The position numbers and the translations under genes are program-made. A DNA stretch of 64,000 bases from an uncultured Candidatus Rokubacteria bacterium. GTDB lineage: Bacteria; Methylomirabilota; Methylomirabilia; Rokubacteriales; CSP1-6. Location: the NCBI GenBank assembly GCA_963758635.1, contig CAVWWD010000008.1, forward strand, positions 448,001 to 512,000, written 5' to 3'. A model generated the notes under the pieces. The model worked only from the letters and a program-made list of their open reading frames with translations, did no database searches and was not told the origin of the DNA. Positions 11,975 to 22,474 of the stretch are shown in pieces (position 1 is the first letter of the stretch; the number at the start of each line of letters is the position of its first letter).

Positions 11975-12338
11975 CGCGTCCGCCATCGCCGCGATCCTCT
12001 TCGGCGAGCCGGCGGCGGATGAGGTGGTCGAGCGGCTCGGCGCGAGCGACCTGGCGGCGCCCTCGCTCTTGCCGTATGAGATCGTCAGCGTGGCCAGCGG
12101 CAAGGTGCGGCGTGGTGAGGCATCGGCGGAGACGGCGGAGACGGCCCTGGGAGCGCTCGGCAGGGTGCGAATCGTGCTTCATGAGCCGAACAGTCTGGAG
12201 GTCTTTCGCCTGACCGGCAAGACTCGGCTCACTGCCTACGACGCGGCGTACCTCTGGCTTGCCCAATCGCTCTCAGCAGACCTGGTCACGCTCGACGAGA
12301 AGCTGGCGAGAGCGTGGTCGCGCATCGCGGCGGGCTGA
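11955..12338 (+). CDS. vapC: PIN-domain VapC toxin
   Basis: VVDASA, YE, LTAYDAAYLWLA, LVTLDEKL. Confidence 0.9.
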   Translation: MSVAVVDASAIAAILFGEPAADEVVERLGASDLAAPSLLPYEIVSVASGKVRRGEASAETAETALGALGRVRIVLHEPNSLEVFRLTGKTRLTAYDAAYLWLAQSLSADLVTLDEKLARAWSRIAAG

Positions 12339-12452
12339 TCGCGGGCAAGCGGACCAGCCGGGCGGTCGACGCGCGCCCGATCCGCCGGCCCGGCTATACT
12401 TGGCCCGCCGCGGTCCTTGTTGGGCCGCGAGACGACCCCGAGGAGCCGCTCG

Positions 12453-13500
12453 ATGCCACGCGTGTCCGTGTCGCTCCGCGTCCCCGGCACCGCCCCGATG
12501 GCCGACCTGGTCAAGCTCATCCGCGACGTCGAGGCGGGAGGCTTCGACGGGGCCGGCATCCTCGACAGCCAGCTCCTCTGCCGCGACACGTTCGTGACCC
12601 TCGGCCAGGCCGCGTCGGCCACGTCACGGCTGACGCTGTTCCCGGCGGTGACCAACCCGTTCACCCGTCACGTGTCGGTGCTGGCCGGCGCCATGCAGAC
12701 GGTGGAGGAGCTGGCGCCCGGGCGGACCAAGCTCGTGATCGGCACCGGCTACACCTCGGCGAGCACGATCGGGCGCAAGCCCGGGACGCTCGCCGAGATG
12801 CGCGCGTGCATCGCGGGGCTGCGCACGCTGCTCGCCGGCGCAGGCGCTCGACTTCGCGGGCACGTCGGGCCGCCTCGCCTACGGTGGCGGCCGCCGCATC
12901 CCGATCCTCATGGCCGCCTCCGGCCCGAAGGCCATCGAGCTGGCCGGCGAGATCGCCGACGGCGTCATGCTGCTGGTGGGCTTCCACCCCGGGATCGTGG
13001 ACGCGGTGCTCACGACGCTGGAGCGGGGGGCCAGGAAGAGCGGCCGCCGGCTCGAGGACCTCGAGATCGTCTGGGCGGTGCGCACCGGCCTCGCCGCCAC
13101 GACCGCGGAGGCCCGGCGGCAGGCGCGGCCCACCGTCGTCCACCAGGGCATCATGCGGGCCCACTCGCGCTGGATCGACCACACCGGACTTCAGATCCCC
13201 TCGTTCGAGATCCCGCCCGCCGTGTGGAAGATCTATCCGGACCTCTCCCACGCCCACGACTGGGAGGAGGCGATCGCGGCGACCTCGTTCGTGCCCGACG
13301 AGGTGATCGCCCAGCTCTGCGACGCCATGGGGCTGGTGGGCACGCCCGCGGACTGCGCGCGGCGCATCGTGGAGATGACTGGGCGCGGCGTCACGAGCCT
13401 CTACATCATGGCGCTCGAGACGTTCGTGGGCCCGGAGCGCGAGCTGCGCGCGTTCCGCGACGAGATCTTCCCGCGACTGCAGGCCGCCGGCTACCGCTGA
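12453..13500 (+). CDS. LLM-class (Mer-like) oxidoreductase, frameshift near 12845
   Basis: GFDGAGILDSQ, VTNPFTRH, then MAASGPKAIELAGEIADG in the next frame. Confidence 0.88.
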
Positions 13501-13563
13501 GAACGAGCGCGTGGCCCGAGGTCACGGACACGGGCGCTAGTCGCCGAGTTGCCCGGCGATCGC

Positions 13564-14130
13564 TCAGGACAGGAGATCGTTGCGCGTGAGCCTCAGGTCC
13601 GGGAAGCCTGGGACGGGCGCCGCGTCCGTGCCCTCGAGCGTCCTGCGGGAATCGTAGCGGTCCTCGATCGGCTGCCGGTACACGTCTACACGATCCGCGC
13701 GCAGGTCCACGAGCCAGACCTCGGCCACGCCGGCGCGGGCGTAGAGCGGCAGCTTGACTCGCCGGTCGAGATCCGCGGACGCATCCCCGACCTCGATGAC
13801 GAGCAGGATGTCGGAGGCGCCGGGATGCGCTTCGCGAAACAGCTCCGGGCCGGGGCGAAGCACGGAGATGTCTGGCTGCGGCTCCGAGAGATCCGACAGC
13901 CTGACGGGGTTCTGGACGGACACCACGGCACGGTCACCGACCAGCGCCGTCAGTCGCGTGGCGATGCGTGTGACCTGCCGCGCGTGACGGACCCCGATGG
14001 GCGCCATCTCGATGATCTCCCCGTCGATCAGCTCGACGCGGTCGCTCTCCGAGAGGATGCCGGCCTCACCCATCCGGTGGTACTCGTCGACGGTGAACCG
14101 CCGCGCCCGCGCCCTCAGAAGCGTCGCCAT
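13564..14130 (-). CDS. Uma2 (DUF820) family endonuclease-like protein
   Basis: FTVDEYHRM, VELIDG, SEPQPD, LVIEV, KLPLYARAGV.EVWLVD. Confidence 0.92.
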   Translation of the reverse strand: MATLLRARARRFTVDEYHRMGEAGILSESDRVELIDGEIIEMAPIGVRHARQVTRIATRLTALVGDRAVVSVQNPVRLSDLSEPQPDISVLRPGPELFREAHPGASDILLVIEVGDASADLDRRVKLPLYARAGVAEVWLVDLRADRVDVYRQPIEDRYDSRRTLEGTDAAPVPGFPDLRLTRNDLLS

Positions 14131-14230
14131 CGGACTCGATCGCTCGTGAGGCATGCTACGCGCAGAGCATGCGACGTGTCAGCGTGCCTGGCTGGATACA
14201 CCGACTCGGCCGTAGCGCGTCATGGACCTC

Positions 14231-15452
14231 TCAGATCACGCCCTGGGCGCGCAGCGTCGAGAGCTCGGCCTCGCCCAGGCCCAGCCGGCCGTAGACCTCC
14301 GCGTTGTGGGCGCCCGCCAGCGGGGGCGGGGCCGTCGAAGCCCACCGGGTGCTGCGTCAGCTTGATCGGCATGCTCACCGCGCGGCCGCCCGGCACGGGC
14401 CCGTGGGTCGGATGCGCGAGCGGCACGATCATCCCGCGCTCGCGCAGGTGCTCGTCGTCGAGCGCCGCGGCGAGGTCGCGCACGGGCCCGGCGGCCACGT
14501 GGTGCTTCTGGAGCGTCTCGACCGCCTCGTCGGCGGTGCGCCCGCCCACCCACGCCTGGACGAGGGCGTCGATCTCCTCCCGGTGGCTCACGCGGCTCGG
14601 CACGGAGGCGAATCGCGGGTCGGCGGCCAGCTCGGGCCGCCCGAGGGCGGCGACCACGTGACCCCACTCCGCGTCGGTCACCGCGCAGATCGTGACCCAG
14701 CCGTCGCGCGCCTGGTACGTGTTGAAGGGCACGGTGCCGGGATGGCCGTTGCCCCGCCGCTCGAGCGGGATGCCGGCGGCGGCGTACTCGAGCACGTCGG
14801 CCAGGAGGAACAGCGAGCTGTCGAGCATGGCCACGTCCACCCAGTCGCCCCGGCCGGTCCGCGCGCGCGCCTGGAGGGCGGCGAGGACGCCGATCACCCC
14901 GTGGAGCGACGCCGCGGTGTCGCTGATGGACCCGCCGCAGCGCACGGGCGGGCGGTCGGGATAGCCGGTCACGCTGCTCATGCCGCTCATGCTCTGGGCG
15001 ACGGGATCGAACGAGCGCCACTCGCGCCGCGCCCCGTCCTGGCCGAAGCCCGAGATCGAGCACAGGATCAGGCGCGGGTTCAGGGCCTGGAGCGCGGGGA
15101 AGCCGAACCCCATCGTGTCCAGCGTGCCGGGCAGGTAGTTCTCCACGAGCACGTCGGCCTGCGCGAGGAGCCGCCGGAGCAGGTCGGCGCCGGCCGGCGC
15201 GCGCAGGTTGAGCGTGACGTTCTTCTTCCCGCGCATCCGCGTGAGGATCGGCATCGACACGTCGTCCGGCGCCTGACGCGTGCCGTGGATCCCCGCGGCT
15301 CCGGCGAAGGGCGGGCGGTCGCGGTAGGGATCGCCCGACGGCGGCTCGACCTTGATGACCTCCGCGCCGAGGCCGGCGAGGAGGAGCGTGCAGTACGGGC
15401 CGGCCAGGAACCGGCTCAGGTCGACCACGACCACGCCGTCGAGCGGCTTCAC
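14231..15452 (-). CDS. CaiB/BaiF family III CoA-transferase, frameshift near C-terminus
   Basis: LDG..VVDLSRFLAGP, ENYLPG, SISGFGQDG; the expected C-terminal GVI-stop lies at 14231 in another frame. Confidence 0.9.
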
Positions 15453-15538
15453 GCCGCTAATGACCCTTGCAGCATGCGGTAGCGGCCACGGGCCTCTACA
15501 GTCCTACCGCTCGGCATTGGTCTGATGCGCGGGGCTCA

Positions 15539-17083
15539 CTAATTCACCCGCTTCGCGCGGCCGGCCCAGTACGGCTCGCGGAGCTTGAACTTCTGGAGCT
15601 TGCCCGTGGCCGTGCGGGCCAGCGCGTCGCGCACCTCGATGGAGGTGGGGCACTTGAAGTGGGCCAGCCGCGAGCGCGTGAAGTCGATCAGGTCGCGCTC
15701 GGTGGCGGCCTGGCCGGGCCGCAGGACGACGAGGGCCTTGATGGTCTCCCCCCACTTCTCGTCGGGCACGCCGATCACCGCCGCCTCGAGGACGGCGGGA
15801 TGCTGGTACAGGCAGTCCTCCACCTCGATCGAGGACACGTTCTCGCCCCCGGTGATGATGACGTCCTTCTTGCGGTCCGAGATGACGATGTAGGGGCCGT
15901 CCTCCTGGCCGCCGTCGCCGGTGTGGAACCAGCCGCCCTCGAGCGCCTTCGCCGTCTCCTCGGGCTGCGCCCAGTAGCCCTCGAACACGTGGTTGGAGCG
16001 GGCGAGGATCTCGCCCTCCGCGTCCACCGCCATGCGCACGCCCACGGCGGGCACGCCGGCTCGCGACAGGCGGCGCGCGCGCTCGGCGGCGTCCAGGTCC
16101 CGCCACTCCGCGGGCGCGCGGTTGATGGTCAGGAGCGGCGACGTCTCGGTGAGCCCGTAGATCTGGATGAACTCCCAGCCGAGATCGGTCTCCACGCGCT
16201 CGATCGTCTTGGACGGCGGCGGCGCGCCCGCCACCACGATGCGCACGCGGCCGGCGCCGGGCACCGCCTCGCCCCGCCCGCGGCGCGCGGCGGCGGCGTC
16301 CAGCACGGCGGCCACCACCGCGGGGGCGCAGTTGAGCAGCGTCACGCCCTCCGCGTCGATCCGGCGCAGGATCTCTTCCCCGTCGATCTTCCGCACGACG
16401 ATCTGCCGCGCGCCCATCGCGGTGAGGGCGTACGGCATGCCCCAGCCGTTGCAGTGGAACATGGGCAGCGTGTGCAGGTACACGTCGCGGTCGGAGACGC
16501 CCACGTGCCAGCCGAAGGTGACGGCGTTCAGCCAGCACCCGCGATGGGTGAGCTGCACGCCCTTCGGCCGCGCCGTCGTGCCCGACGTGTAGTTGACCGA
16601 GAGCGTGTCGTTCTCGTCGGTGACCCGTCCGCTCGGCCGGGCGTCGCGTCGCATGAAGAGCTGCGCGTCGGTGCCGGCGCCGAGGACGAAGCGGTGCTTC
16701 ACGGGGATGCCGCGCGTCGGCTCGTCCATCTCGGGATCGACCAGGGCCACGGTGGCGCCGGAGTGCTCGAAGATGTAGCGGATCTCCTCGGCGTTGAGCC
16801 GGAAGTTCACGGGGACGAGCACCCGGCCGAACACGCTCACGCCGAAGAGGCTCACCAGGAACCGCGCGGCGTTGGGCGAGACGATGGCCACGCGCTCGCC
16901 CGGCGCCACGCCGAGGTCGTCCAGCGCGGCGGCGAGGCTCCGCGCCATGTCCGCGAACTGCCGGTAGGTGATGCGTCCGAGGCCGCCGCCGGGCGGGCTG
17001 GGCTCGTCGACGATGGCCTGGCGGTCTCCGTACACGAGCTCGGCGCGCTCCAGGAAGTCGGCGAGGGTGAGCGGGACGATCAT
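15539..17083 (-). CDS. AMP-dependent acyl-CoA synthetase
   Basis: NYTSGTTARPKG, YGLTET, GWFHTGD, DRKKDVIITGGEN, TGKLQK. Confidence 0.93.
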   Translation of the reverse strand: MIVPLTLADFLERAELVYGDRQAIVDEPSPPGGGLGRITYRQFADMARSLAAALDDLGVAPGERVAIVSPNAARFLVSLFGVSVFGRVLVPVNFRLNAEEIRYIFEHSGATVALVDPEMDEPTRGIPVKHRFVLGAGTDAQLFMRRDARPSGRVTDENDTLSVNYTSGTTARPKGVQLTHRGCWLNAVTFGWHVGVSDRDVYLHTLPMFHCNGWGMPYALTAMGARQIVVRKIDGEEILRRIDAEGVTLLNCAPAVVAAVLDAAAARRGRGEAVPGAGRVRIVVAGAPPPSKTIERVETDLGWEFIQIYGLTETSPLLTINRAPAEWRDLDAAERARRLSRAGVPAVGVRMAVDAEGEILARSNHVFEGYWAQPEETAKALEGGWFHTGDGGQEDGPYIVISDRKKDVIITGGENVSSIEVEDCLYQHPAVLEAAVIGVPDEKWGETIKALVVLRPGQAATERDLIDFTRSRLAHFKCPTSIEVRDALARTATGKLQKFKLREPYWAGRAKRVN

Positions 17084-17285
17084 GGCGGTCCTCCGTGTCG
17101 GTGAGGGCTGTCGCGACGAGCGCGGGAGCGCCTCGCGCGGAAAGCATAGCCGATCCCGTCGCTTCCGGGGAGGGATCGTGGACGAATGGCGAGACAGCAC
17201 GCCGCGTGTCCGCAGAATCGCGGTATGGCCCGCCCGCTGAAACCGAAATCCGCGTTCCCTCACACCTCGGACGGTACACTCGCGC

Positions 17286-17876
17286 ATGCGCATCACCCTC
17301 GACGCGGGCGCCTGGGTCGAGCACGAGCCCGCGTGGGTCGCGGCCGGCGAGGAAGCGGAGGTGGCCGACGCGCTGCGCCGGGAGCTCGACTGGGAGCAGC
17401 GCGAGATCGTGCTGTTCGGCCGGCCCGTGCTGCAGCCGCGGCTCATCGCGTGGGCGGGCGAGCTCGGCTACCGCTACTCGGGCCAGACGCTGCCGCCGCG
17501 CCCCTTCACGCCGGCGCTCGCCCCGCTCCTCGCGCGCGTGCAGGCGCGCGTGGGGGCGCCGTTCAACCACGTCCTGCTCAATCGCTACCGCGACGGCGCG
17601 GACAGCATGGGCCTCCACGCCGATGACGAGCCCGAGCTGGGCGCCGACCCCGTGGTGGCCATCCTCTCGCTGGGCGTGGAGCGCCGCTTCGTGGTCCGGC
17701 CCCGCCGCCGGAACCGCGACGCGCCGCGGGCCTTCGCGCTCGGGCATGGTAGCCTCCTCGTCATGGGTGGAACGTGCCAGCGCCACTACGTGCACGGCGT
17801 GCCGCGCGAGCCGCGCGTGACGGGCGAGCGGATCAGCCTGACCTTCCGCCGGCTGCTCCGGGCCCCGGGGGCGTGA
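17286..17876 (+). CDS. AlkB-family 2OG-Fe(II) dioxygenase
   Basis: QPRLIAW, LLNRYRDG.DSMG.HADDE, H.VP, RISLTFR; TACACT -10 element 5 nt upstream. Confidence 0.92.
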   Translation: MRITLDAGAWVEHEPAWVAAGEEAEVADALRRELDWEQREIVLFGRPVLQPRLIAWAGELGYRYSGQTLPPRPFTPALAPLLARVQARVGAPFNHVLLNRYRDGADSMGLHADDEPELGADPVVAILSLGVERRFVVRPRRRNRDAPRAFALGHGSLLVMGGTCQRHYVHGVPREPRVTGERISLTFRRLLRAPGA

Positions 17877-18448
17877 TGCGGCGCGCGCGTCTGGCCTCGC
17901 GCGCGCGGGCCGCGCTCGCCGCGTGGCTCGTCGCCGCCACGTTCCTGGGCGCCGCCGCGGCGGGCGGCGCGACCGTCGACGACCTCCTCTTCGACCTCCA
18001 GCTCGCTCCGCTGGACGGCGCGGCGCCGCCCGCGTTCACGCTGGAGGACCTGGACGGGGCGCGGGTGTCGCTCGCGGACTTCAAGGGCCGCGTCGTCCTC
18101 CTCTACTTCTGGGCCGGCTGGTGACCGCACTGCGCGAGGGAGTTTCCCTCCACGATCGAGGCGGTCGTCAAGGAGCACGCCGCCGCCGGCCTCACCGTGC
18201 TCGCCATCAACATCAAGGAGAGCCGCGACACCGTGGCGGCGTGGGTGAAGCAGCGGGGCATCACCGCGCGCGTCCTGCTCGACCCCGAGGCGACGGTGAC
18301 GCGCGCCTATCGCGTGACGCACACGCCCACCGTGGTCCTCGTCGGCCGGGACGGCGCGATGGTCGCGCGCGCGTCCGGCACCCGGGACTGGTCGAAGGAG
18401 ACCGGCCGCTCGCTCTTCCGGCTCCTCCTCGCCGCGCCGGCCCGGTGA
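17876..18448 (+). CDS. TlpA/ResA-like thioredoxin-fold selenoprotein (UxxC), read-through of TGA 18122-18124
   Basis: N-terminal hydrophobic anchor; APPAFTL.DLDG..SLADFKGRVVLLYFWAGW-TGA-PHC continues in frame to YRV..TPT.VLVGRDG; SECIS-like hairpin follows. Confidence 0.85.
18136..18150 (+). promoter_or_regulatory. Bacterial SECIS-like hairpin
   Basis: GAGGGA-GTT-TCCCTC stem-loop starting 11 nt after the in-frame UGA, G in the apical loop. Confidence 0.7.
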
Positions 18449-18455
18449 GCGCGCG

Positions 18456-20200
18456 GTGGTGACGCCGGTCGTGGACACGCTCGAGACGGATCTCCTGATC
18501 CTCGGCGCCGGGGGCGCGGGGCTCTGCGCGGCGCTCCACGCCGCCGATCGCGCGCCCGGGCTGTCCGTCACCGTGGTCGTGAAGGGGCTGCTCGGGCGCG
18601 CGGGGTGCACGCGGATGGTGCAGGGGGGCTACAACGCCGTGCTCGCCGCGCCCGACTCCATCGAGGCGCACGTCCTCGACACGCTCAAGGGCGGGGGCTG
18701 GATCAACGACCAGGAGCTGGTGTGGACGCTCGTGAACGAGGCGCCGGGGCGTGTCCTGGAGCTGGAGTCGCGCTACGGCTGCTTCTTCGACCGCCACCCG
18801 GACGGCCGCATCCACCAGAAGCCCTTCGCCGGACAGGTCCACGACCGCACGATCCACAAGGGCGACCTCACCGGCATCGAGATCATGAACCGCCTCACCG
18901 AGCAGGCGTGGGAGCGGCCGTCGATCCGCCCGCTGGAGGAGCATCGCGCCGTCGCGCTCCTCCAGGACGGCGCGGGGCGCGTGGGCGGCGCGCTCGTGCT
19001 GGACCTCCGGAGCGGGCGGCTCGTGGCGGTGAGGAGCCGGGCCACGCTCCTCGCCATGGGCGGCGGGCCCACGATGTACCGGGTGTTCGCGTGCTCGGCC
19101 GACAAGGCCTCGGACGGCATCGCGCTCGCGTTCGCGGCGGGCGCGCCCTTGCGCGACATGGAGATGATCCAGTTCCACCCCACCGGGCTCGTCGTCCCGA
19201 ACTCGCTCATGACCGGGGCGCTCCTCGAGGAGGGGCTCCGCGGCGCCGGCGGCTATCTCCGGAACGGCCGGGGCGAGCGGTTCATGGCGCGCTACGACCC
19301 CGCGCGCATGGAGCGGTCTACGCGCGACCTCGTGGCGCGCGCGGCGTTCGTGGAGGCCCAGGAGGGGCGAGGCACGCCGAACGGCGGCGTGTGGATCGAC
19401 GTGTCGCACCTGGGCGCGGCCGTGGTCGAGCGCGACTTCCGCGGCATGGTCCGGCGCTGCCGCGACTTCGGCCGCGACCTCGCGCGCGAGCCCGTCGAGG
19501 TGGGACCCACGGCGCACTTCATGATGGGCGGCGTGGCGATCGACACCGGCTGCCGCACGCCGATCGAGGGCCTGTTCGCGGCGGGCGAGGACGCGGGCGG
19601 CGTGCACGGCGCCAATCGCCTCGGGGGCAACGGGGTGGCCGACTCCACGGTGTTCGGCGGCATCGCGGGAGACGTCATGGCCGACTGGGTGGTGGGACGC
19701 GCGCATCCCGACGTGCCACGGTCGGCGGTGGACGAGGCGGCGCGACGGGTGCTGGAGCCGCTCGGCGCCCGGGCGGCGGGGAGGATCTCTACGCGCTCCA
19801 GCGGCGCCTGCGCGACGTCATGTGGGAGCAGGTCGGGCTGATTCGCTCGGGCGCCGGGCTCACCGCAGGCCCTCGGCGCCATCGACGAGATCGGCCGAGC
19901 GCGCGCGTCGCGTGCGGGTGTCCGGCGGGCCCGAGTTCAACCTCGCCTGGCAGGACCGGCTCAACCTCGACAACCAGCTCGTCGCGGCGCGGCTCATCGC
20001 GCTGTCCGCGCTGGCGCGGGAGGAGAGCCGGGGCTCCCACTTCAGGTCGGACTTCCCCGAGCCCGCCGCCGCCCCGCTGACCTCCGTGTGGGTGCGGGCC
20101 GGCGGCGCCGGGCCCGTGGTGTGGAGAGAGCCGGTCGCGCTCACGCGCTACCGGCCGGACGCGGCGCCCGGCCGGGGTGACGGTCGAGGTCGGCGACTGA
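18456..20200 (+). CDS. Fumarate reductase/succinate dehydrogenase-like flavoprotein (TfrA-like), frameshifts after ~19770
   Basis: [60 protein letters not shown]. Confidence 0.88.
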
Positions 20201-20202
20201 GG

Positions 20203-22110
20203 ATGCGCGGACGCCGCCGCGAGCCGGCCGCTGCGACGGCCCGGCCCGCGACGCAGCGCGCACGCTGGCCGCCGCGCTGGCGATCGTCGTGGCGGCGCGC
20301 TCGCTCCGGCGCCGTCGTCGGCCCAGAGCGTGCGGGACCCCGCGCTCGAGGTGCGGCTCGTCGCGAGCGGCCTCGGCAGCCTCACCACCATGGCCTTCAT
20401 CGGCCCCTCGGACTTCCTCGTGCTGCAGCGGCTGGACGGCCGGGTCCGCCGCGTGACCGGAGGAACCGTCCAGACGGACGCGGTGCTGGACCTGGGCGTC
20501 GACCGCGACTCCGAGCGCGGGCTGCTCGGGATCGCCGTGCACCCGGCGTTCCCCGCCACCCCGCACGTGTACCTCTATCGTGACCGAGAGCAGCACGGGT
20601 GGCGACACCGACGGCGCGCCGCCCCCGAACGCGAACCGCGTGTACCGCTACACGTGGGACGGCGCGCGGCTCGTGAGCCCGCTCCTGATCCTGAACCTGC
20701 CCGTCACGCCCGGGCCGAATCACGACGGCGGCGTGATCGCCTTCGGCCCCGACGGAAAGCTGTACGTGGTGATCGGCGATCTCAACCGCCGCGGCCAGCT
20801 CCAGAACCTGCCGGGCGGGCCCGCGCCGGACGACAGCGGCGTGATCCTGCGCGTCAACCCGGACGGCAGCGCGCCGGCGGACAATCCATTCGCCGCGCTC
20901 GGCGGCCCCGTGGCGCGGTACTTCGCCTACGGCATCCGCAACTCGTTCGGGCTGGCGTTCGATCCGGTGACGGGCCGGCTCTGGGACACGGAGAACGGGC
21001 CCAACGAGTACGACGAGGTCAACCTGGTCGCTCCGGGGTTCAACTCCGGGTGGACGCCGCTCATGGGGCCGGATGAGCGGGACCCGCAGTCGGCCGCCGA
21101 CCTGTTCGTGCTTCCCGGGTCCGCGTACAGCGACCCGGAGTTCTCGTGGCGCCAGGTCGTCGCGCCCACCGGCCTCGCCTTCCTCGCGTCGGCGCGGCTC
21201 GGCGCGCAGTACGCGAACCAGCTCTTCGTGGCCGACTTCAATGGCGGCCGGGTCCATCGCTTCGCCCTCGATCCCTCGCGCACGCGCCTGGTCCCGCCCG
21301 GCGCGGGCCTCGCCGACCTCGTGGCCGACACGGCGGCCGAGCGCGACGCCACCGTGTTCGCCGAGGGCTTCCAGGGCATCACGGACCTCAAGGTCGGGCC
21401 CGATGGGCTGCTCTACGTGGTGTCCCACGACGGGTCCATCCACGTGGTGGGCCCGGCGCTGTCCGGGTTCGTGAACGCGTTCTACTCGACCGCGCTCGGG
21501 CGCGCGCCGAGCGGCGGCGAGCTCGCGGCGTGGGTGGACTTCCTCGCCGCCGATCGCGGTCCCGCGGGCGTGGCCGCGATGGCCCGCGCGTTCTTCGGCG
21601 GCGCCGAGTACCTGGCGAGGCCGCTCACGCCTGCGATCCACGTGTCGCGCCTGTTCCAGTCCCTGCTCGGGCGGTCGCCGGCGCCGGCGGAGCTGGCCGC
21701 GTTCGCCGCGGACGTTGTCGCCCGGCTCAACGATCCGGTCGCGTTCTTCGTGTCCGCGCCGGAGTTCCAGGCCCGGCTCGCCGCCGAGGGCCCGGCCGCG
21801 CTGGTCGCGCGCCTGTATCAGGACGTGCTCGGCCGTGCGGCGGCCCCCGCCGAGGTGTCGGCGTGGGCGGGCTTCCTCGCCGCCACCGGGGATGCGCTCG
21901 GGCTCGCGCTGGGGTTCTTCGGCTCTCCCGAGTACCTGGGCACTCCGAGGACGCTGGCCGGCCACGTCCGCGTTCTCTATCGCGGCCTCCTGGGCCGCGA
22001 GCCGACGCGGCGGAGTCAGGCGCGTGGACGGCCTACGTGGCCGCGCAGATCGCCCCGTTCTCGAGGTGGTCGTCGCGAGCGCCGAGTTCCAGTCGCGCTT
22101 CGGCCCGTGA
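20203..22110 (+). CDS. Secreted PQQ-dependent sugar dehydrogenase (GSDH beta-propeller) fused to DUF4214-like helical repeats, frameshifted
   Basis: ERGLLGIAVHP, NHDGG..FGPDGKLY, YGIRNSFGLAFDP, ENGP..DEVN; C-terminal repeats of FV..LY...LGR.P. Confidence 0.8.
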
Positions 22111-22134
22111 GCGCCGGCTCGGGCTCGCCCTTCT

Positions 22135-22143
22135 TGCTATAGT
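22135..22143 (+). promoter_or_regulatory. Extended -10 promoter, probably leaderless
   Basis: TG-C-TATAGT, 7 nt before ATG 22151. Confidence 0.5.
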
Positions 22144-22150
22144 CCCGCCG

Positions 22151-22474
22151 ATGAGCGCCGAGAAGGTCCTCAGGCGAGCCTGGACCACGCGCGAGGGCTG
22201 GCGCGGCACCGGCGCCGGCATGTGGGCCTGGCTCCTCCAGCGCGGGGCGGCGGTGGCGCTCCTCGTGGTGATCGCGCTGCACCTGTCCAACCCCTTCGTC
22301 CGCCCCGTCCAGGCGTTGCTGCTCGCGCTGGTGCTGCTCCACGCGCTGCTCGGCGTCCGCGCGATCCTGCTGGACTTCGGCCTTCCCCTCCGCTGGCACC
22401 TCGGGCTCCTCGCCGCGGCCCTCGTTCTCGGCGCCGTGACTTTCACGGTGTTCTGGAGCTTCCGGTGGTACTGA
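22151..22474 (+). CDS. Small SdhC/SdhD-like membrane anchor (3 TM)
   Basis: WAWLLQR..A, ALH, LHALLGVRAILLD; overlaps the start of the Fe-S subunit. Confidence 0.75.
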   Translation: MSAEKVLRRAWTTREGWRGTGAGMWAWLLQRGAAVALLVVIALHLSNPFVRPVQALLLALVLLHALLGVRAILLDFGLPLRWHLGLLAAALVLGAVTFTVFWSFRWY

